Assembly: GCF_009914755.1 (NCBI RefSeq)
Contig: NC_060940.1
Source: the human T2T-CHM13v2.0 reference genome, Homo sapiens
DNA length: 64,000 bases
Reading direction: 5' to 3' (one strand)
Shown: positions 1 to 13,363 of the stretch, piece after piece
Layout of the letters: each line of letters starts with the position of its first letter
How positions within the stretch are numbered: position 1 is the first letter of the stretch
Program-made: the position numbers and the translations under genes
Notes under the pieces: model-generated
Databases searched by the model: none
What the model saw: the letters and a program-made list of their open reading frames with translations, nothing else
What the model was told of the DNA's origin: nothing

Positions 1-310
1 TTCAGTTTCCTTGTTGCTAGCAGTCTGTGGTGACACTATACTAATCTCACATGCAGGAACCAATGAGGATTAGCCAGGGACACAGGAGGAGTCACCTTGC
101 ATTCAGAATGACTCAAGTTTAGTCTCAACTTGACCATTAGCTCTCTGAGTGATCTTGCCCATGTTAATTCTCTTGATCTTAGTTTCTTCAGAGCCAGTGA
201 GACATTGCTTGAAAGTGACTTAGCCTGGTATACCCAGGTCTGTCAGACTTATAGTCTGGTGCTCTCTTGGGTGAACTTGAGGGCCTTCTGCCAAGGCAGG
301 AATGGCTTCT

Positions 311-470
311 TTTAAAAAAAAATTATTTTATTATTATTTTTTTTTTTTGTAGAGACGGGGGGTCTCACTATGTTTCCTAGGCTGGTCTCAAACTCCTGGA
401 CTCAAGTGATCCTTCAGCCTCGGCCTCCCAAAGTACAGAGATTATAGGTGTGAGCTACCAGTACCAGCCT
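311..470 (-). mobile_element. FLAM / Alu left monomer
   Basis: Alu left-arm sequence with T-rich tail; TSD caggaatggcttct on both sides. Confidence 0.85.
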
Positions 471-1244
471 CCAGGAATGGCTTCTAAGGCTTCAGGCTGT
501 TTATAGAGAGGAAAGCACCTGGGAGCTGATGGCACTCTCAGGTTTCCCAAAATGACAGTTCTGCATATGCATCTTAATCACCTACTTTTTTTCCCTCCAC
601 CCCCAAATGCTATTCACAGTCCTTGTTTATGATAGAAGCTGAAGCTTACAGGTGACAATTTTTGTGCCTGTATGAAAGGAAACATGACTGACTCCACTTA
701 TCCACACGACACCTGCTTTCAAGGTTGTTCAGTGTTGGAATAATTTTTGCTTGATGGTAACCTAGGGATGACCCAAGGTTTCATTAGTTAAAGCCAGCCC
801 TGTGGGATGCATGAAGTCTAGCCTCTGTCCCTGTAAAAATCCCACCAGAACCATTTTAGAATTCACTCAGGACTTCACCCCTCCCGCTCCTGGTGCTGCT
901 TATGGAACTAAAGAATCCTCATCTTCTCAGCCCTGGGACACATTGTCCTCATATAAAGCGAGGTGGCAATCAGGGAACAGGGGCGAGTCTTGTGCTTATT
1001 TCAGTTATAATAGGAAGGCTCTACCAGGACTCATCATTGTCCCAACAATAGTCGATTCCAGGCCCCTTCTTTGAACTCATTTCAGTGTCTCAGGTTCTGT
1101 CCTTGGTGTCTGTCTTCACTGCTTGCTCAGTTGTATTTGAACATGGCTAGAGATGAGCACACTTCTCTTCTCCAGTAAAAAAGCCTGCAAGAAAAGTCTT
1201 GGACTTCTTGAACTGCTATTCAGTTGTCTTTTTTATTCAATGTA

Positions 1245-2150
1245 TTTTTTGAGATGGAGGGGGGTCTCACTTTGTTGCCCAGGATGGTGTTGAACTCCTG
1301 GCCACAAGTGATCCTTCTGCCTCAGAGTTCCAAAGTGCAGAGATTACAGGCTTGAGCTACCACAACCGGTCTCTTGTCAGTTTTTGAGGTTACTTAAGAG
1401 GTTAATGCCTTTAAATTAGTTTGCAGTTGTTTTGCTTTTGCCTGCCTTCTTGCCCAAATGCGCAAGTGCTTATTTAGTAATCTGACTCAAGTGCTTTGTG
1501 TCCCCAGAGTCCCCACTTTTCCAGGATTCATTGTCTTTTTTTTTTTTTTTTTTTTTTTGAGACACAGTCTTGCTCTGTTGTGCAGGCTGGAGCGCAGTGG
1601 CACTGTCGGCTCACTGCAACCTCCACCTCCTAGGTTCCAGAAATTCTCGTGCCTCAGCCTCCCAAGTATTTGGGATTAGAGTCACACACCACCACACCTG
1701 GCTAATTTTTTTATATTTTTAGTAGAGATGGGGTTTTGCCATGTTGGCCAGGCTGGTCTTGAATGCCTGACCTCAGGTGATCTACCCGCTCGGCCTCCCA
1801 AAGTGCTGGGATTACAGACATGAGCCACCACACCCGGCTGGATTCAGTCTTAACTTGCTCTTTTTTTTTTTTTTGCATCTCACTCCCTTGCCAGGCTGGA
1901 GTGCAACGGTGTGATCATAGTTCACTGCATCCTTGAACTCCTGGGGTCAAAAGATCCTCTTGCCCCAGTTTCCCGAGTGGTTGGGACTACAGGTGTGTGT
2001 CACCACGCCTGGCTAATTATTTTATTTTTCGTAGAGACAAGGTCTGACTGTGTTGCCCAGGCTAGTCTTGAGCTCCTAGGCTTAGGTGATCCTCCCACCT
2101 TGGCCTCCCAAAGTGTCAGGATTATAGGTGTGAGCCACTGCACCCAGCCT
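1245..2150 (-). mobile_element. Alu cluster: FLAM (1245-1371), AluS (1537-1839), AluJ (1861-2150)
   Basis: Alu consensus motifs with poly-T tails. Confidence 0.9.
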
Positions 2151-2769
2151 GGATTTGCTCTTTTATCAAGAGGTTAATATTTATTCTTCCGTTCAGTGAA
2201 CCGTGGGATTGAATTCCCCCAGCGATTGAAATGAAAGGGCTTATGTATAACATTTCCTGAGGAATGGTAGTACCAGAGTTCAGAGGAGACCTCAGGCCAT
2301 TTATTCTATAAACTCAGAAGCTGTAGTTCTAGATGATGTGGCTTCTTCAGGGTGTTGAGAAGTCTCTGTTATCTCGTGCCTTGTTGGATTAGAACTGATT
2401 GAGCTCTGTCTGCTGCCCCAAACATGTGGCTCAGCCAATCTCCAGTGGCATCTGCAATGTGGGTATTCTAGCCTCCAGTGCTCACGTGGCTCACCTTAGA
2501 AAGGGCAGATATTCCTATTTCCTGACGCTGCTGGAGAATGAGGTCTGAGTCAGAAGTCCTCAGGTGTGACCTGCCCAGAACTATCTGAAATTGCTGGATT
2601 TCTTGTTCTTCCTCAGTGTTTAACAATCACCCAATTGCTCATTCTCACCAGCGACTTCCTCAGTAAGAGCTCAATATTTGAGGTGGTGCTGCATTTTGTG
2701 AAACATTCATGCGTGTTAGCCCACTTAGTCTTCGCAGCACACAGTGGATTAATGGATTTTTAAAAGCTG

Positions 2770-3281
2770 GTATTTATGCACGATGGAATACTACTCAACC
2801 ATAAACAAGAAGGAAATTCTGTCATTTGTGACTACATGGATGCATCTAGAGGACATTATGCTAAGTGAAGTAAGCCAAAGAAAGAAAGACAAATGGTGCA
2901 TGATATCACTTATATGTGAAATCTGAAAAAGTCAGTTATAGAAGGAGAGTGTAACATGTTGGTTACCAGCGGCTGGGGGAAGGGAAGGGTGGGTGTGGAA
3001 AGGGGAGATGTTGATCAAAGGGTACAAAATTTCAGTTAGGAGAAATAAGGTCTGATGATCTGCCTTACAGCATGGTGACTATAGTTAATATGGTTAATAT
3101 TATAATAGTATTGTATACTTCAAAATTGGTAAAAGAGTGGATTTTAAAAGTTGTCACCACAAAGAAATGATAAGCATGTGAGCTGATGGATATGTTAATA
3201 ACCCTGATTTAATTATTCCCCAATGTATACATGTGTCCAAACATCACACTGTACCCCATAAATATAATTGTCAGTTAAAAA
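2770..3281 (+). mobile_element. Old L1 (L1MA/MB-type) 3' end
   Basis: atggaatactactca...ggacattatgctaagtgaa...catggtgactatagttaata motifs. Confidence 0.85.
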
Positions 3282-5848
3282 CTTAGGAGTCAAGTCAGAT
3301 CTGAAGAGAAGTCAAAACAGATTTCATACAGTTAATTTAGAGACATGGGACCCAATTAAAAATTTGTATTACTTTACTTGGTATTTTAGAATTTAGCTGT
3401 TATTTTCTTGTTACACACACAGGCACAGGCACACAAATCCTCTATTTAACTGGCTTTCTCAGTAGGAACTCCATCTGTGTATTTGCAACAGCTGTAACTC
3501 AGGTTGGATGCTCCCCAGGGTGCTGGCCTATAAGTCATATTGGACCCTGATCTGAATCTGAGGGAATCTGGATCTCTCTTGTAGGAAGCTTTTGGTTTAA
3601 CTGGGAAGACAGGATGACAGTCAGTTATGGAAGCTGAAGCGTAATCACCTCATATTAATATGGTGGCAATTTTATATCGGAGTGAGCTCTGAGCTGCAAA
3701 CAGCCTTCTAGGAAGCAGGCAGGGGACCCCCATCCAGGGTGATGGTAAGAATCCTGATGCCCAACTGCAAGGTGTTCAGCAGGGAGGGAGCACTCGTGGA
3801 GTCCCAGTGCAGAAGTCTCTGAGCAGCCACTTAGCCTCCCTGTGTTTGTGGGGTAACAACCCGAGTTCATGTTGTGGGCATCTCATGCAGTGTAGTAGCT
3901 GGTCACTGTCAAGTGTCACTATTTCATTGAGTCAGAAGCCTGCAGAATTGTTCTCATTCCAGGGAGTGAGTCAGTCTGCTGTTGCTTACTCTCGGTGCTG
4001 GCTGAGCTCAGCAACCTGCTCTCTTCCTTCAGTTCAGGTTTCTCCAGGGCAAAGAAGTCTTTATTGTTCCTTTCTGTATGACCAGATGGGAAATGAATTA
4101 TAATATAGTCCTTAGATTATATTCCCACCTGGTAGCAATGCACTGAGTTACCTGACCTGAAATTTGTTGGACTTAGTCTCCATGGAGGAGGATTTACCAT
4201 CTTCGTTGTCTCAGAAGTCCTGGTAGTGCCTCATGCCAGCAATTTAGCAGGAGCAAAAGCTTTGAGACAGTGTTCTGGATCTGCTGAGCTGGTCTAAAGG
4301 AACCTCTTTTGCTTGAAGTAACTGTGATAGGAACTTTGTTACTGCTTCTGTTAGCTCAGGTGTTGGAATGAGAATCAGCAGCTGATGAGGTGAACAGCTA
4401 GGAGTACTGGAATTATGGAGTAGTGGAGGTAGATTTTATAAACAGAGGGTCCCAGTTTTTTGGAAATGGGAAAGAGAGAGGGTAGACTGGCCTTTCTAGA
4501 ATTTGTAACAGAAAAGAGGACCCAGGAGCTTCCATTGACTAGTTAGTTAATGCAGTGCGGGATCTTAGCTGGTTTGCTTGGTCCAATTCCTGTCTCTCGG
4601 TTTCTTTTTTCCCTTCCCTTCGCTGCCTTCCCCTCCCTCTTCCCTTTTTCTTTCCAAGAGAATTGAGTCACTCCATATAAAAGAAGCAGCCAGTTGGCTA
4701 AAAAGTCCAACAAAAAACAAGTATTTATAGCTCTCCAAATTTCCCACTTGTCATTATCAGTATACTTTTGCACACAGTTATAGTCGGTGTTTGGGATCCT
4801 TTTTAAAAAAATAAAAAGTTTCTGTAGGCTTTTCCATGCATGAACACAGCTTATCAACTTGCCCCGGCTGTGCCAGGATTCCATTGTTGACTGTTGTTTG
4901 AGCAGTCATGCCCTTTGTTCTTAGGCTGTGTGTTGTTTTTTTCCTAACATCATAGTATGGCTGGGTATTATTTTGATAGAGATTACAATTACTATTACTA
5001 TTTCTTGAAGTGTATTTCCCAGAGTGGAATATTTTAGGATCTTTTTTTCTCTTTTGTGGGGGTGGGGAACATGTAGCTTCTTGTGGATATTAGACATTGA
5101 AGTCTAAAAAGGTTCTATATTTATGATTTGGCCCTCAATTTTCTAGAGATTCCAATGGTTCCTGCAAAGAAAAGAGCATTCAAGTATAGAAACCAGCCAG
5201 ACTAAGTCTGGACATGTAGCTTTTCAGAAAGTGAAAAAAAATTATGTTTCTGCAGTTGCAAGGTGGCCTCTGAATGCCACACTGTGTGGCCACTCCCTTG
5301 GACAGTGGCTAGGCCACAGGGTCGCCTCCCCTGGCCCCAGTCTGTGGGTTGAATATGCTAACCGAGCCTTCCCAGGAGCCTCCTCTGCCCCCAGCCCCCA
5401 GGTCTGTACAGATGGTAGTTGGTACTTTCAGCCCGCCTTGAGAACTCAGTATTCTTCCTGTTAGCTTTCCTTCAAAGTAAAATCGGTAGAACCTATTTTG
5501 AGTGTAGAAAATTTGAAGTCGTGGACAGCAGATTACAAAAAATTGCCCACCACCATGCCTGGCTCATTTTTGTATTTCTAGTAGAGATGGGCTTTCACCA
5601 TGTTGGCCAGGCTGGTCTCGAACTGCTGACCTCAGGTGATCTGCCCACCTTGGCCTCCCTAAATGCTGGGATTATAGGTGCGAACCACTGTGCCTGGCTC
5701 CTTTTTGTATTTTTCGGAGAAGCACAAGGACTTGTTGTTTAATTAAGCAAGACTATACTCTCCCAGAGCATGCAGTTATTATTGAGTAAAACACAGTTAA
5801 TGAGATTTAATCACGTTCCCTATCACTGTTGTGCAGCATGATAAGTAG

Positions 5849-6589
<741 letters not shown>

Positions 6590-7725
6590 AGCAAAGCTGT
6601 ACTTTTACCAAAAAAAAAAAAGAAAACATTTATAAATCAAGGTCTGAAGGCCCATGTGAGGCTTACTCTACAGCTTGCAATGCCTGTTTTTGCCCCTTGG
6701 TAAGTGGACGCACAGCTGGGCAGCCTTATGCTATCTCTGTGAACTACCCATTTCTGGCTTTGTTCATAATATTCCCTTGATCTGGAGGCCCTCCCCCAGC
6801 CCTGCCCCAAATCCTGTCTGTGTTGAGGGTCCTGCCCCAGGAAGCCCTCTGCATACTCTTCCCTGCATGTAATACCTGCCTGCTTTCACATTCTTCTAGA
6901 CTGTGCTGTGCATCGTACAGTTCATCAGCATTATTGCAGAGTAGAGTGTCTCTGATTTGGAGTCAAGAGAAGGTTCCATTTTTCTGTACATCCCGATGTT
7001 TATTTTCTGAGTGTTCTCAGACATCACTAAGCCTCAGTCAAAATAAAGTATGATCATGATGTAACATTCATTGAGTGCTTATCACATGGTAGGCATTGTG
7101 CTATATGAGTTATTGCTTGACTTCCTAAAATAATCCCAGTAGAGATGCTAAATCTAAAGGTGAGAGAGATGGTTCAAAAAGACCTCAGTGAGCAAACCAT
7201 GTACTATAATATCCTAAAAGATAACAAAAATGTAACTAGGTATCTAGAGAAAACTCAGGAAGGATATGTGCCTTGGGCCTTTTAAGGACCATTTCTTAAC
7301 ACTTCTGTGTTCTTCTTGACACCTGTTTCTGGGTAGAGCACATAGAAAATGCTCAGTAAATAAGTTCTTTTTCCTTGGCCCAGTTTGGCCTGATTTGGCC
7401 CCAGTTCTGTCTTTGTGAGTTACTTTATTAGTTGTCGGTGCTACTGTGCTGCTATTCATGTGGAAGATTCCCCAAATGGGCTGCGCCTTACATTGCCTGA
7501 GCAGAAGCCCCGAGGGATGGAGGATGAGCTTGCCTTGTTATGGGACTGTGTTTCCCTGGCTGACAAAGGCTCAGCATTTGCAGCAGGCAATGGGAATTGA
7601 TTGGCCAACTTAATATTTCCTTCAGCCTAGCAAAGTCCTGAGTAGGCTAGGGACAGTCTGCTTTTTTGGTAACTCCTGTAGGCTGCCTTCTGCACAAGGC
7701 ACCCAGCCTCTCACAGGTAGGATGA

Positions 7726-8448
<723 letters not shown>

Positions 8449-8999
8449 CTTGATACAGTTTTAAGCATACAGAAAAATGGTAAGAATAGTACAAAGAACT
8501 CTCATACCTCTTCCCCAGATTCACTGCTAGGATTTTGCCTTGTTTGCTTTTCTGACTTGCCAGTGTCCCCCACCCTGCAGCATATGCACATGCACACACA
8601 CTGTCTTCTGAACCATCTGACAGGGAGTTGCAGGCAGTGTACCTTTACTTCTGAATACCCCAGTGTGTATTTCTTAGGAACAAAGACATTCTCTTATATA
8701 ATCGCAGTACAATTATTTTTAAAAACCAGCAAGCTTAATGTCAATACAATGCTATTACCTAATACATTGTTCATATTCAGATTTTTTCCATATTCCACTA
8801 TGGTCCCAGTAATGGCAGAGCTTTATTTTAAAGAAAACAATCCTGGGGTGTGTGGGTGTCACCTTGGTTACATTCGCTCTGAGGAAAGCAGAACCGACAG
8901 GTATTTGGGGAAGTGACTGCCGTGGGTGCCACATCACCAGCTCCTTGTGTCTCTGCAGGACCAGAGGAGCGAGAGCAGCAAGAACCACACCCAGCAGCA

Positions 9000-9085
9000 A
9001 TGTCAGCGGAAGTGGAAACCTCAGAGGGGGTAGACGAGTCAGAAAAAAAGAACTCTGGGGCCCTAGAAAAGGAGAACCAAATGAG
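9000..9085 (+). CDS. HMOX2: Heme oxygenase 2, first coding exon (whole exon 8959-9085); [28 protein letters not shown](R)
   Basis: Acceptor ctctgcag|G at 8958/8959, ATG 9000-9002, donor AG|gtgag at 9085/9086. 86 coding nt matching the HO-2 N-terminus. Confidence 0.97.
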
Positions 9086-10369
9086 GTGAGCGATGGGGGC
9101 TGGCTGCACTGAATCAGGTGGGCCCAGCACCTGTCGTGCTCAGCACACCTGGTTTTGTCTGTTGGCAGCACTGGGGAGTGGCCATGGGCCATGAGCTCTG
9201 GACCCCTGGGTGCCTGCTTGGCCCTGCAGGGACCGCATACAGCTTCGGCTGCTTAGAACTCTCCCCACTGGTCCATTGTCTCATCCAAGGAGGCAGGGCA
9301 GGTGCTCCTGGGAGTGCTGATAGGATTTGATGGTAGTTATCCTTTTTTCTTTTTAAAAACTTGTGCGTTTCCTCATCTGGGCTGAGAAAGGGTAAACGCA
9401 GGCAAAGCTGGCTCTGTTCAGTCTTTTACCACATAAAACACTGCAGGGCAGCCTTTCCTTACTCTGTATAGGGACAGCTCATGCTAAACCTGAGCTTCCA
9501 GGCCCTGTTCTGCATCATTAGCCTCTCATAGCCCTGTCATTGGCCAAGTTTTTTTTTTATCCCTTGAAATAATTGCTAATAATAAATTGATTCTCAGCAC
9601 ATGGATGATAACGAGCTAATCTCCTAAAGAAGACAGCAGAAGCCAGACCATGATAAGGCCAAATTTTTCTCACTCTTGTAGATGGATTGTGTGGACACAT
9701 GTAAGCCCCTGCCCAAGTACCACCATCTTTAGGATCACATGTTTTCTACCTTGTCCATCCATCCACACACCTTTACAACTGTGTAATTTCGTTAAGCAGC
9801 ACAAACCCAGCGTCCTGGCCCTAGCCTCTCGGTTGTCTCCTTTGCATCCTTCCGTGCTTGGTCCTAGTCACATATAGTCTCAAAGAAGCTGTGGGTCCAA
9901 GGTGGGAGGAAGGCAGTAGGGCCTTCTGAGGAGACCCATGGTCACAGCCTTACTGAGGTGTGTGAATTCCAGAAGACACGTTCCAAGGCAGGCTGTTCTT
10001 AGAGAAGCCAGCAAATACTGAAGGGAATACAGATGTGTGTCTCTTCGACCACTAGGTGGCCACAGAAGCAAAGCATTGCTCATTTGGGTGGTTCCCAACA
10101 CAGACACATGGACGTGGGTACTACTCTCAAGGAGCAGGCCACAGTTATCCCTTGTGTCCTGAGTCCTTGGAGCAGAATGTCATGTCTGCTTGTCCTGTGT
10201 TCCCTGACAAGTTGCTGCTATTTGTGTTGGAGTGAAGTGTCTGAGAAGCCCCAGCCTCCAGTACAACAGGTGGTCACCTTGGGGTGTGGACTCAATCTTC
10301 TCTCTATGGTCCTTTCTGGAAAGCTGGGAAGGGCTAATTGACACACAAACACCTCCCATCTCTCCACAG

Positions 10370-10487
10370 AATGGCTGACCTCTCAGAGCTCCTGAAGGAA
10401 GGGACCAAGGAAGCACACGACCGGGCAGAAAACACCCAGTTTGTCAAGGACTTCTTGAAAGGCAACATTAAGAAGGAGCTGTTTAAG
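10370..10487 (+). CDS. HMOX2: HMOX2 coding exon 2 ([39 protein letters not shown]), includes proximal heme ligand His45
   Basis: ccacag|A ... AAG|gtttgt; 118 nt, frame continuous with the previous exon (86+118=204). Confidence 0.98.
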
Positions 10488-10624
10488 GTTTGTGCCCCGC
10501 ATTGGGTTCCAGACTGTCATATGGGGTTGGGGTGGGGGCCTTGGTCCCATGAGAAAAGTGCCCCTGGAGCCACTCTGAGGGAAAAGCTGGGCTTTTCTCC
10601 ACACTCCATTCCTTCTTGACGTTA

Positions 10625-10945
<321 letters not shown>

Positions 10946-11187
10946 TCATGGCTTAGATAGAATAACATAGTGGTGTGAAGGAAGCAAAAGTATGCGTGTT
11001 CCAAAGACTTCACCATGCCATTCCTTTAAGAAACAAAAGCTTCCTTGTGTGTTAAATAATTCACTACATAAAAATGGACCATAGGATTGGGTCTTTGGGG
11101 TTGGGGGTTGTCACTTGAGCCTCTGCATCCAGCTGCTCGGATGTGGTGTGCTCAGGCATAGCTGGCCTCCTCCTGTCACCTCCACAG

Positions 11188-11679
11188 CTGGCCACCACGG
11201 CACTTTACTTCACATACTCAGCCCTCGAGGAGGAAATGGAGCGCAACAAGGACCATCCAGCCTTTGCCCCTTTGTACTTCCCCATGGAGCTGCACCGGAA
11301 GGAGGCGCTGACCAAGGACATGGAGTATTTCTTTGGTGAAAACTGGGAGGAGCAGGTGCAGTGCCCCAAGGCTGCCCAGAAGTACGTGGAGCGGATCCAC
11401 TACATAGGGCAGAACGAGCCGGAGCTACTGGTGGCCCATGCATACACCCGCTACATGGGGGATCTCTCGGGGGGCCAGGTGCTGAAGAAGGTGGCCCAGC
11501 GAGCACTGAAACTCCCCAGCACAGGGGAAGGGACCCAGTTCTACCTGTTTGAGAATGTGGACAATGCCCAGCAGTTCAAGCAGCTCTACCGGGCCAGGAT
11601 GAACGCCCTGGACCTGAACATGAAGACCAAAGAGAGGATCGTGGAGGAGGCCAACAAGGCTTTTGAGTATAACATGCAG
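11188..11679 (+). CDS. HMOX2: HMOX2 coding exon 3, catalytic core (LATTALYF...[19 protein letters not shown]...EYNMQ)
   Basis: ccacag|CTG ... CAG|gtacta; 492 nt; heme oxygenase signature [16 protein letters not shown]. Confidence 0.99.
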
Positions 11680-12546
11680 GTACTATTGGGGGCTGCCAGC
11701 TGCTAGGGCTGAAGAGGGAAACTTTGACAGTGGTAGCAGATCCATAGTGGCCCATGAAGGCACACATGGCATTAGGACAGATGAGCTGCAGGGTGCCGAG
11801 AGGAAGGTGGCCACCAGATTGGCCACCAGAGCTTGTGGGCCCAGTGGGTGGTTCCCAGCATGGAGGCCTGGTGTGATAGATGCCAGTGGGTAGTGTTTTG
11901 GGAAGGGTGAGTCCTCTCGCACATAGAGGGGTCTGGAAGAATGGAGCTGGCTTCCTCCCTCATTGCAGGATGCTGGTCTTGAAGAATGGTTAATTTTCTT
12001 TTCAAGTTTTGCTCTGAGAAGCCCTGATTTATAAGTTAATAGAGAGCCAGTGCCACCAAGGAGAGTAAATAAGCTCTGTTTACAAGTAGCCTTTAGATGA
12101 GGCTGAACCTGGGGAAGCTTACTCTGTCCCCAGGTCCTGTCAGCTTCCACTGAGGCCTCCCAGGGCACTCAGGATGAGTATGCCCTGCCACAGTCTCATT
12201 CTCCCATGTTCCAGGTTTTCTGTTGCTTCTTGATAAAAAAATAACCAGCACCTAGAAATGGGGATGTACTCATGCCCTCCTGTCTGTGCTGTGGTAGTTT
12301 CAGTGGCTTGAGCCACCTCAGAGAAGGCTACATCTCTGGTCAGTTCCCAGGGGAGACCCAGCATTTGGCAGCCTTCTTGGGGTACCAATATCCACACCTC
12401 CCCAGAGCTCTTGCTAGGGAGGGAAGACCATCAGGCAGTGCAGCTGCCGCCCACCAGTGCTGCTTGCTGTGTAGTTGGCACACCTGAGCAAGCTCACCTG
12501 CTCCAGCTCACTCTCTCTGGAGGGCGTCCTCTAAAAGGAGAGTGTA

Positions 12547-12840
12547 GCCAGGCGCAGTAGCTCATGCCTGTAATCCCAGCACTTTGGGAGGCTGAGGCAG
12601 GGGCATTACTTGACCCCAGGAGTTGAAGACCAGCCTGGGCAACCAAGGTGAGACACCATCTCCCCACAAAATTTAAAAATTAGCCAGGTATGGTGGTACA
12701 CACACGTAGGAGGATAAGGTGGGAGGACCACTTGAGCCTAGGAGTTTGAGGCTGCAGTGAGTTAGCCATGTTCATAACACTGCACTCTAGCCTGGGCAAC
12801 AGAGACCTCATCTCAAAAGACATTTAAAAAAAAAAAAAAA
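12547..12840 (+). mobile_element. AluJ in HMOX2 intron
   Basis: Diverged Alu with J-type right arm and poly-A. Confidence 0.9.
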
Positions 12841-12886
12841 GTATGGGCAGCCCAAAGATGGCTCAGTCGATCCTCTGCTCCTGCAG

Positions 12887-13013
12887 ATATTCAATGAACT
12901 GGACCAGGCCGGCTCCACACTGGCCAGAGAGACCTTGGAGGATGGGTTCCCTGTACACGATGGGAAAGGAGACATGCGTAAATGCCCTTTCTACGCTGCT
13001 GAACAAGACAAAG
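12887..13013 (+). CDS. HMOX2: HMOX2 coding exon 4 (IFNELDQ...[20 protein letters not shown]), includes His256 and heme-regulatory motif Cys265-Pro266
   Basis: ctgcag|ATA ... AAAG|gtaggt; 127 nt. Confidence 0.98.
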
Positions 13014-13103
13014 GTAGGTCTGTGTGTCCTGAGCTCCCCTCCTGGGGCAGGTGTAGCAGGAGACTCCACTGATGCCATGTCTCCTATTGGTGCTGCCACA
13101 CAG

Positions 13104-13231
13104 GTGCCCTGGAGGGCAGCAGCTGTCCCTTCCGAACAGCTATGGCTGTGCTGAGGAAGCCCAGCCTCCAGTTCATCCTGGCCGCTGGTGTGGCCCTAGC
13201 TGCTGGACTCTTGGCCTGGTACTACATGTGA
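13104..13231 (+). CDS. HMOX2: HMOX2 last coding exon ([42 protein letters not shown]): Cys282-Pro283 motif and C-terminal ER membrane anchor
   Basis: acacag|GT, TGA 13229-13231; total CDS 86+118+492+127+128=951 nt = 316 aa + stop. Confidence 0.98.
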
Positions 13232-13357
13232 AGCACCCATCATGCCACACCGGTACCCTCCTCCCGACTGACCACTGGCCTACCCCTTTCTCCAGCCCTG
13301 ACTAAACTACCACCTCAGGTGACTTTTTAAAAAATGCTGGGTTTAAGAAAGGCAACC

Positions 13358-13363
13358 AATAAA
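13358..13363 (+). terminator. HMOX2: HMOX2 proximal poly(A) signal AATAAA
   Basis: AATAAA about 130 nt after the stop codon; two HO-2 mRNA sizes from alternative polyadenylation are established. Confidence 0.8.

Noticed and set aside
8897-8958. Donor-like CAG|gtattt just upstream of the HMOX2 acceptor
   Set aside because: It would define a 58-nt intron, below the usual minimum size.
11143-11706. ORF-track proteins extending HMOX2 exons (also 10338-10619), e.g. the VLLGAASC tail
   Set aside because: Read-through into introns beyond clear splice sites; retention here leaves downstream junctions and predicts NMD.
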